Source: Eledone cirrhosa
Lineage: Eukaryota
Reading direction: 5' to 3'
DNA: 64,000 bases
NCBI GenBank assembly: GCA_964016885.1
Contig: OZ024741.1
Coordinates: 276,768,001-276,832,000 of the forward strand
Shown: positions 55,075-64,000 of the stretch, piece by piece
How positions within the stretch are numbered: the stretch's first letter is position 1
How the letters are laid out: every line of letters begins with the position of its first letter
The notes under the pieces: generated by a model
Databases searched by the model: none
Told to the model about the DNA's origin: nothing
Seen by the model: only the letters and a program-made list of their open reading frames with translations
Made by a program: the position numbers and the translations under genes

Positions 55075-58000
55075 GTCCCCCCCCCCCCAATTTCTTTTTG
55101 GTGTACATCCATCCATTCACTCATTCATTTACTGCCATTCTACCTTCCTGTGTCTACCCCTCCATGCAGCTCCTTTTCGCTCTCGTTTTCTGGCACCTCC
55201 ATATATATAGGTGAGCTATGTTGCTCTCTTACCAGCACTTTCCCTTCCACCCACCCCTGATGCTGCTCTGTGCCCCAGTCTCCGGCCCCACGCCCCATTC
55301 CCACCCCTCCAAATCGACACCTGCAGCACTTGTGGCACCACTAACAAACGGAAGAGAAGCCGGAACTGTTTGGGGTGCGGCTGCTTCCACCACCTCACCT
55401 GCGTTGGCTTGACTCGTCGAGCTTCCAATACCCTCGCAGCGTGGAGGTGCAGGAGCTGCCTCTTCCCCACGTCTTCCCAGCCACGGCCGTCTGGCACACC
55501 ACCAGATGGGACAGCGAGCTTGCCTGACGCCCGAGCCTCGCTGGTCAACATCGCTCGGCTCAGGGGGCTCCGGAAGATCCCACTCAGGATCCCGAGAGCG
55601 GCACGGGTGCCGGTAGCCGATGCCCTCGCTTCCTCAATTGAGAGCGCCCTGGACTCCAATCGAGCCAGTGACTGGGAGCGGCTGTTCTATTTCGCCCCAC
55701 TCGCCCTCGGCCTCCCCAGCTCTGGCGCTGACCGGGGCGGCCGGTCAAGAGCAGCCTTCGTCAAGGCCAATGTCTCATCATTTGGGCGTGCCCAGGGACG
55801 CCACACACCCCACCCTCAGGTAACCCCTATCCTCCACCCCCGAGGCCAGCGCCAAGCGTTTGTGTGACCAGGTAAACGCAAAGCTTATCATGGGTGATGT
55901 CTCGGCCGCAGTCAGAGTTGTTGCCTCAGAGGACACTGTCCTCCAACCCACCGACGAGATCCTGGCTGCTCTGCGGCTCAAACACCCTGAGCCACCCACT
56001 GATCTCAGACCCATACCCCCACCCGACCCCCACCTGCTCCTTGTGGCTACTGATGCAGATATCATGTCCGCCATCAGGTCTTCCCAGCTAGCAGCTGCGG
56101 AGGTGTTGATGGTCTCCGACCAGGCCACCTCAAGGAGTTGACATCCCCCTCTCCGCTGAGGCCGGGCGGCACCTTCTGAGTGCAATTGTGGCGCTTACCA
56201 ATAGGCTCATTCATGGTTCCCTCGACCCTTACGCCCGAGGCCTCTTTTTTTCGGCCAGCCTCACCGCTCTCAGGAAGAAAGAGGGTGGCATACGCCCCAT
56301 TGCTGTGGGCAATGTCTTCCGGAGGCTGGCTGCCAAGGTGATCTGCAAGTCCGTCACACACGAACTGGGTGAGGAGTTTAGTCCGGTGCAACTGTGTGTC
56401 GGCGTGTCCGGTGGCTGTGAGGGAGCCTCTCATGCAATCAGGCAGTTCTTCAGCAGCTGCCCATCGGTACAGGCATCCAGGCACTTCATTGTCAAGCTTG
56501 ACATGAGGAATGCCTTTAACTCTTTACGCCGGGATCATCTGCTCGAGGCCTGCCTCAGCCGATCCTCCTCTGCCTACCCACTGGCCTACCTATCATATTG
56601 AGCCCCGAGCATGCTCCTAGCTGCTGATATGGTCATACCCTCATCTACTGGGGTCCAACAGGGCGACCCTTTGGGACCCCTCCTGTTCGCCCTTGGTATT
56701 GACCACATCGCCCGGAGTATCACGGCCCCCCTCAACGTTTGGTATCTGGATGATGCTACGTTGGGCGGGCCCGTACGGACGGTCTACCAAGACCTTCAAT
56801 CGGTGATTCCTGCCCTGGCGGGAATCGGCCTCCAGGTCAACTCGGCCAAGTCGGAGGTAGTGAACGTCAGCCTCGATGCTGCGAGCTTTGTAGCCTCCGT
56901 CTTGGACGTGCGGTCCATTCTCCGCCAGGTTCAGGTGACCCCCAAAGAGGATGTCCTCATCCTCGAGTCACCGATCCACCCGCCGGCCATCCGCTCCACC
57001 ACCATCAGGTCCAGGCTTCAACAGCTCCAGACTCTTACGAGCTGACTGGGCTTGATTGACGGCCACCCAGCTCTCTTTCTGCTGAGGAACTGCTTCGCCA
57101 TGCCGAAGCTCCTCTATTCACTCCGCAGCGCTCCATGCTACACCCAGACATCTCTCCTCGCTGACCTCGATACTTGTATCCGAGCAGCAGCCGAGGGGAT
57201 ATGCAACGTAAAGTTTGACGACATAGGGTGGCAACAGGCCACTTTACCGGTCAGGTATGGCGGTCTAGGCCTCCGGTCCCCGATCTCACTAGCTTTGCCG
57301 GCGTATCTTTCGTCGGTAACCTCGTGCTGCGTCCTCGTTAGCAGGGTTCTTCAAAACACAACAGAACCCTCTGTGTTCAGAGAACGTGAGGCCGCCTGTG
57401 ACACGTGGGACCGGCTGGGAGTTAGCCCAGTAGACGTCCCTCCTCCTTCTCCCCCTGTTGACGTCAAGTCCCCCCAACGCACTTGGAATGCCATCCAGTG
57501 CAGCCTGGCCTCAGACAGGCTCACGCGCCAGCTCGACCAGCACCGCCTTGCTTGTTTTCGTACGGCCTCCAAACCCCACGGTGGTGCCTGGCTCCATGCT
57601 CTGCCCTCCTTCTCTACTGGCACGCAGCTAGACAACCATAGCCTGCGAATCGGCGTTTCCCTGAGGCTCGGCCTCCGGATCTGCCAGCCACACCAGTGTC
57701 GCTGCGGTTCCCCCGTGGACTCTTTCGGCCTCCACCCGCTTTCCTGTCGCCACAGTGCCGGCCGCATTCCACGCCATACTGCCTTCAATGAGGTCATTAA
57801 GCATGGCTTGGACGCTGCAGGCTTCCCTTCCCACTTCGAGCCGGTGAGGCTGGATCGAGGGGACGGCAAAAGACCAGATGGCATGACCATCTTCCCGTTC
57901 CGCGGTGGCAAACCCCTCGTCTGGGATGCCACTTGCACCGACACTTTCTGCAGCCGCAACCTGGTGCAGTCTGCGACTGACCCAGGTTCTGCTGCACGTC

Positions 58001-58312
58001 GGGCTGAGGGGGCCAAACTCCTCAATTACCGGTCGCTCTCCGACAGGTTTCCGGTCGTTCCCCTGGCAGTGGAAACTTCCGGTGTCCTCGGCCCCAGGGC
58101 TACCTCCTTACTCACCACCATAGGCGCTGAGCTGGCCAGCCGCAGGTGTGAGCCCCGCGAGTTGGAGTGGCTTTTCCAGCACGTCTCCCTTGCCGACCTC
58201 CGGGGAAACGCCTTCTCCATCCTGTCCACCGGGGCTGTGGGTGGGCCCCATCGCGTACCAATACATTAGTTAAATACCATTATTTCATCTGATACAACAC
58301 AATAAAGACTAC
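55075..58312 (+). mobile_element. CRE-clade non-LTR retrotransposon (PHD + RT + RLE), near full-length
   Basis: GC-rich body; AATAAA then (TA)n at the 3' end; the 5' boundary is approximate. Confidence 0.88.
55211..58269 (+). pseudogene. CRE-clade polyprotein with 2 frameshifts and 2 in-frame TGA
   Basis: PHD C..C/C..C/H..C/W.C..C; GGIRPIAVG, KLDMRNAFN, GVQQGDPLGPLLF, YLDD, GGLGLR; CRCG..HPLSC, RH, KRPDG..LVWDATC. Confidence 0.9.
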
Positions 58313-58652
58313 TATATATATATATATATATATATAAAGGACGATTTGTATGTCTTCGTTACGTATATTGAGTAGCGACGCGCGTTTCGCTATTAATCAG
58401 CTTAAGGTTCGATCTGTATCGATCTAGCTCGACTCTGGAATCAAAATCTTGTCGGACAGATTGAACCTGTAGGGCTTATAAAGGTCTATAACGATTCATA
58501 TTCATTTATAGTGGTCAATTTTTGCTATAAGAATGTTTTGGTATGTGTGATAGGTGGGGGAAGGATCGTAATGAAGAGGTGATGGTGGAGAGCGATGGTT
58601 GGTGTGAGTTGCGGGGTGTGTTGCTTTGACTGTTTCATAGACATTATGGTTT

Positions 58653-58835
58653 GGTGAATTGGCAGTATCGGTAGAGGGTCGGACGCCATGCTTTGACGCA
58701 TAGAGTTACGGCCCTTGCCATTCTGAGTTCAAATCCCGTCGAGGTTAACTTTGCCTTTCATCCTTACGGGGTCGATAAAATAAAGTACCAGTAATACACT
58801 GGGTAATTGCTGTCCTTGTGCCAAAAGTAGAAACA
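58653..58835 (+). mobile_element. tRNA-derived SINE (same family)
   Basis: A/B boxes; 10-bp TSD attatggttt (58643-58652 / 58836-58845). Confidence 0.88.
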
Positions 58836-59423
58836 ATTATGGTTTATATGTGGCGAGGCGAGCGTGCTGAGTGTGGGTATGGAGGTGGTTATGGGCTATG
58901 CGTGATGGGAGATGAAAGAATCGGTGCTGTAGTAAGGGGTGTGTGGCGGTTTTCTGTTGGTCAGAGGTTTGTCAAAGAGGAATAAAATAAAATAAAATAA
59001 AGAAAGTAAATTAAACCTAGGTTAAGGGTATTGCTTTATGGGTAAACTATCTATATCCTTAAAGGTTTTTTTTTCTTTTAGTACAAGGTAAAAAGGGTTG
59101 TGACTAGTGTGTGAAATGAAAGTAAATAAATAGATTAATGAGTAAATGAAATAGTTGCTACACTAACTATATGGGTAACTTATACACACATACACACATA
59201 CACACTCACATAGAGTATGTATCCATGCATATGCACACACTCAGATATATGCGTGCTCATAGGCCCGGACGTTCATACAATTATTTCCGTCTGCAGGCGT
59301 CTACTCATATATATAGCAGTGTGTCTAGATAAATATCATATAGGAATATATGGTGGTAAAAAATTTTGAGGGATAAGAAGGGTGAACATATAATAGTGAT
59401 GGGAAATAAATGTAATAGTAGTA

Positions 59424-59512
59424 ATAATTGTTTCTACTTTAGGCACAAGGCCAGCAATTATCCCAGTGTATTACTGGTACTTTATTTTATCGACCCCGTA
59501 AGGATGAAAAGC
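59424..59512 (-). mobile_element. SINE 3' half
   Basis: Revcomp of ttttcatccttacggggtcgataaaataaagtaccagt...gtagaaacaatt. Confidence 0.8.
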
Positions 59513-59849
59513 AAATAATGATCATAAAATTGGTGATACAAATGAAAGTAATGACACCAATCGTGGTAATTTATAGGATGCTGGTGGTGTGTGCGTCGTG
59601 TGTGCAGTACGCATTCATGTGGGTGGGACTGGTGAATACATGATGATATGTTTAATAATGAGGGACATGATAAAGAATATAATATAATATTCTTTATCAT
59701 GTCCCTCATTATTATATAATATTAACAAAAATTAAAATGGTAATGAATGTAACAGTGGTAAGGAGGACGATGATAAAGTTGATAAGGCATGATAATAATT
59801 GTGATAGTTAATAGGATGTTGTGCCAATTGTTGTCTGTGTTCAGGTGGT

Positions 59850-60357
59850 TAGGTTTTGGTCTGTCCGTGGTTCCTGCCCGAATGCCTTGTCGGAAGATGT
59901 ATGTTTTTTGTGTCTCTGATTTCAAATTAATAACCGATTTTAATTTAATGATCTCTGCTGATTTGCCAGGCACAACCTGCAGTGGCTTCCTCTGGTGGAA
60001 TGTTGGACCACGCGTCTCCTTACGGACCACTTGATCTGGTATTTCAGGTTTCTATCCTTGAGGTCCAGATTAAGTCGGCCAGTCTGGTTTGGGAACGCTT
60101 AGGTCTGTGGTTGAAGGAGTTTCTGTGGTTGTACATTCGCTCCTTAAATGTTGTTGAGGTGCGCCTATATACGTGTATTCTTTGTGCCCAGCCATTACCT
60201 CGCACTGGTATACAATGTTCCTGATGAGGCACTCTCCGCCCTGTGGGCATTCCTCTGACTTTTTGCAGTTGCACCTAGGGGCTATTGTATTATTGGTATG
60301 TTGTTGGTTGGTCTCATTTTGGCTGGAGTTGGCTTGTTGTTGCGCATCGTTGCGTAT
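59850..60357 (-). pseudogene. PLE GIY-YIG fragment (frameshifted)
   Basis: CNCKKSEECP..GECLIRNIVYQC...YIG, TFKERMYNHRNSF, TRLADLIW. Confidence 0.82.
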
Positions 60358-61590
60358 TGACTGTATTTGACAGGGTTGATCACAAGATTCTACTGAAAAA
60401 ACTATCCAATATTGGTGTCTCTGGAAAGTTACTGCAATGGATCAAGTGTTTCCAGACAGACAGAGCCCAACATGTAGTCGAAGGAGTAAAATCAAGCCCA
60501 GCCAAAGTCAGTAGTGGCGTTCCGCAAGGCACTGTGTTGGGCCTGATTCTTTCATCATCTACATTAATGACATTACTGACGTCATCAAGCACAGCAACAT
60601 AAGAATCTTTGTAGTTGATTCCAAGCTCCAGAAGGTCATCAATGGAGTTGGTGACCAGACATGCCTTCTATCAGATGTACTGGCTATTATCAAATGGTCA
60701 GAAAAGAAAAATGTGTTGCCGAACGAGGATAAATTTGAGTTAATCCACTTTGAAAAAGAGGATGCACTGAAACTCCCATACTCCCTTCCTTCGGGTGAAA
60801 CTCTCGTGGCATCCAACAACACCAGAGACTGACTTGGGAGTAATTGTGGACAACAACATAAGCTGGGCCACTCATATAAACAGAAAAGTTTACATGGCCA
60901 ACAGAATGTGTTCCTGGATTCTCAGAACTTTCCAGTCAAGAGATTTCCATACCATTATCCTTCTCTTCTCCACATTTGCCCGACCCCACCTTGAATACTG
61001 TTGTCCACTGTGGTATCCCCATATGATACAAATTGTCATGAAAGTTGAAGCATCTCAAAGGTCAATCACAAAAAAGATAGATGGCATGATAGGCCTTGAC
61101 TATTGAGGTCGACTAGAAAAGCTCAAACTTCATTCTCTTCAACGTCGTCGTGAACGCTACAGTATCTGCATGATGTAGAAAATATTCCATCAACATTACC
61201 CAAATAATGTTGGCATCACCTTTAAGATACACCTAAGGCTTGGGCCTCATGCTACCCGTCCACAACAAAAATCAAATTCGCATCTCATAACAACATTACG
61301 TCACAATTATTTCACCTCACAATTATACCACCCGATATCTTTAACGTTACACAAAAACAAATTAAAACGGAAACAGACCCCATAAAGTCCAAGAAGCCTT
61401 TGTACACATTCCTTCAAGAAATCCCGGATAAACGTCCTACACCCGGATATGTCTCTGTAAACAATAACTCTTCACTTGAGTGGGCCATGGTGTCAAAATC
61501 CTGATTTAAAAGACTTCGCCAGTTAGTGCTATTAAGTTAGACATAGCCTGGGCCAATACTGACCGAAACCTATCAAATTTATCAAAGTTA
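60358..61590 (+). mobile_element. CR1-group LINE 3' fragment (degenerate)
   Basis: FDRVDHKILL, SGVPQGTVLG, DLGVIVD, RPHLEYCCPLW; tatcaaa tandem tail. Confidence 0.88.
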
Positions 61591-61728
61591 GTCCCGTAGA
61601 AATTATTTCTATAATATAATAAAGATGCCTATACTCTTACTAACGTATTGAGTACCTTTTTTAACGATGGTCACCTACCGATATACATCAGGAATCCACC
61701 TATTATATATACATACACACACACAGAG

Positions 61729-61789
<61 letters not shown>

Positions 61790-61793
<4 letters not shown>

Positions 61794-63523
61794 AAAATTG
61801 AACAGGAACAAAACAGAGAGGCAGTACGAACAAAGGTTTATTAATTTCACGCTCTTGAGAGTGGGGTGTTGGTGGGGAACGACGTTTCGGGCATAAGCCC
61901 TTCTTCAGGTGAAAAGTGTGTGGGAAGAGATTTCAAAGGGTGTGTAGGGGAGTGGTGGAGAGACATATAGCAAAAAGGGGTGAGAGGAAACGGTGCAAAT
62001 GAAATTAAAAATAAAGGCATGATCAAAATAAAATTAAAATGGGGTAAAACAGGTGGTGGAAGGGTGTGGGGCGTGTAGGGGTGGTGGCGGGTGGAGTGGG
62101 GAGAGGGAGACGGGGTGTCCGAGCGGGGAGGGCTGAAGGTGGTGTGTGTGTGTGTAGGTGTACGTGTATGTGTGTGTGTGTGTATGTGAAAGCAAGGGTT
62201 GAGGGAAGAACGGGGTTGCATGTTCAGGAAGAGGTGTGTGTGGGGTGGGGTGTAGGTCGGAGTGTGTGTGCGTGTGTGGATAGAGGGGTGGGGGGAGAGG
62301 GTTCCGGAGGCTGAATGTGTAAATATGTGGTGGTACGCACGTGTGTGTGTGGTGTTTATGCGTGTTGTGGATGTAGGTGGCGTGTGGGAAAAAAAAATTA
62401 TTTGTGTGTGTGTCTGGGGTGAGTCTTAAAGGTAATTCCGTAAAAAGATGTGGTGGAATGCTGAGTAAAATCCTGGGATGCGGTAGATTCTCGGGATCAA
62501 GGTTCACATATGTGTAATCCGTGAAGAGATTGGTCGGAAGAGGGGAGATGTTGGGTGCGCGCGCAACAGGAAGTGGTCAGAGGGTCAAGGCAGGAGGAGG
62601 GTTGTGTGTCTGTGTGTGCGGGGAGGTGATCAGAGGCATAGCAGCAGTAGGGTAGAATGGTAAGTGAAGGTGTGTCCGTGTGTGCGGAGTTGCGGTGGAC
62701 AGGGGAGAGGATGGGTAGATGTGAAAGTTGGAGTGAGGAGGGGGGTGTATTAGTAGAGGTGTTAGTGGGATGTGTGAGTGTTTGAGAAAGGGTGTGGGTG
62801 GAGCGGGGAGAGACGGGTGTGAGGGCCGATGGAGGGAGTGTAGTGTACTGGTGTGTGTGAGTGGTGAAGGGGGTGTTAGTGGGTGTTAGTATACTGGAGG
62901 TGGAGAAAGGGTTGAATGCGGGTGTGAGTGGGGGTCAGTGGTGGTAGGGTGTGTAGAGTGGGTGGTGTAAGTGGGTGTGTGTGTTCGTGTGCGTAGGGTT
63001 GGGGGGTGTTAGTGATGTTAGTTGCGTGTGGAGTGGGTGGTGTAAGTGGGTGTGTGTGTTCGTGTGCTTGGGGTCAGGGGGTGTTAGTGATGTTAGTTGC
63101 GGGGTGGTGGGGTGGATGTGTGTGGGTGAGGGTTAGTGGTGGTAGTAGGGTGTGTGTTTAATGTGAGCGCGAGTATATATGTACCGGTGGGTGTGTTAGT
63201 TGGGGAAGGGTGGTCGGATGTGGAGTGGAGGTGTTAGTATTGTTAGTTGTGGGGTGGGCGGTGAAAAGGAGGGGGTGTGTTAGTGGTGTTAGTGGGGGAT
63301 ATGTGTGTGGGGAGAGGAGGGGCGGTCGAAGGCTAAAGGAATAAGGGTGGGGAGTTCAGGCCGGGGGGAGTGTGGGTCTGTAGGGTGAAGATGGTTCGTT
63401 GTTCGACTCTTAGGAGATTGGCGGGTGTTCCGTGGCATTGGAGTAGGCCACAGACTGTAAGGTGGTGAGTGGAATGTCCAGGGGCACTAAAGTGGCGGGC
63501 GATTTGGGGAACTTTTTGGCATT

Positions 63524-63527
<4 letters not shown>
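61790..63527 (-). mobile_element. PLE 3' end: GIY-YIG C-terminus plus long CA-rich 3' UTR
   Basis: IARHFSAPGH...EQRTIFTLQTHTPPGLN (63333-63520); terminal hammerhead; (TA)n flanks. Confidence 0.78.
61878..61911 (-). ncRNA. Minimal type I hammerhead ribozyme
   Basis: cac-CTGAAGA-a gggc ttat gccc-GAAA-cgt-c-gtt; GUC triplet, weak stem I. Confidence 0.75.
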
Positions 63528-63609
<82 letters not shown>

Positions 63610-63656
63610 AAATGACAGGTGGGTGGACTGGTGAAATTCCTTAAAGATTTATTATA

Positions 63657-63716
63657 AACACTATGCACATTTCAATGACCGGGCTCTGCATGAACCTGGT
63701 GACATCATCAAGTGTT
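63657..63716 (-). ncRNA. Hammerhead fold with C3U core variant
   Basis: aacac-TTGATGA-tgtcaccaggttc..gagcccggtcatt-GAAA-tgtgcat-a-gtgtt; family of 18113 and 53465. Confidence 0.65.
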
Positions 63717-63826
63717 ACGAGAATTATCTAATAAAGGAATATAATAATGGTAGACACAATACAAGGGGATGAAAAATAGAGAGAAATGTTTAAGACCTGA
63801 AGGCGGCCAAAGGCACCAGTTGCCAG

Positions 63827-63899
<73 letters not shown>

Positions 63900-64000
63900 T
63901 AATAATAATAAATTTGAAGACTAAAATCCAAAGAGGGCTCGATAAGGATAAATATATATCAAATATATAACAAACCGTAGAGCAAATATTTATTAAAATA

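Noticed and set aside
56599-57045. Two in-frame TGA codons in the CRE ORF as recoding
   Set aside because: Contexts fit GGA/CGA to TGA point mutations, and the copy also has frameshifts.
58372-58405. Partial hammerheads (GAAACGCGCGUC here; also ~7370, ~8095, ~15109, ~37915, ~53236)
   Set aside because: Only half of the core is present or core positions are mutated; counted as decayed pLTR remnants, not ribozymes.

Overview
Eukaryotic, extremely repeat-rich intergenic or intronic DNA. The tRNA-derived SINE family and the microsatellite load suggest an octopod cephalopod; this is recognition, not a database hit. No host protein-coding gene can be supported, and nearly all long ORFs in the track are microsatellite translations. 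Real coding remnants are all retroelements: six Penelope-like element (PLE) copies or fragments (RT and/or GIY-YIG), a near full-length Tx1/L1-clade LINE, an R4/Dong-type RLE element, a CRE-clade element with an N-terminal PHD finger, and CR1 and RTE fragments. SINEs, MITEs and minisatellites are also present. The main hidden layer is non-coding. (i) About 19 type-I hammerhead ribozyme folds occur on both strands. (ii) PLE ends inserted in (TA)n show a recurrent asymmetric fold-back architecture. (iii) A GAGTRC motif is shared by the 3' tails of otherwise dissimilar PLE families. (iv) An unexplained 4-copy bipartite motif, TCAGGT-N13-TWGGWATGRSGAACTGWTGTCGCT, sits in unique islands. All calls were made by eye, and clade names are tentative.
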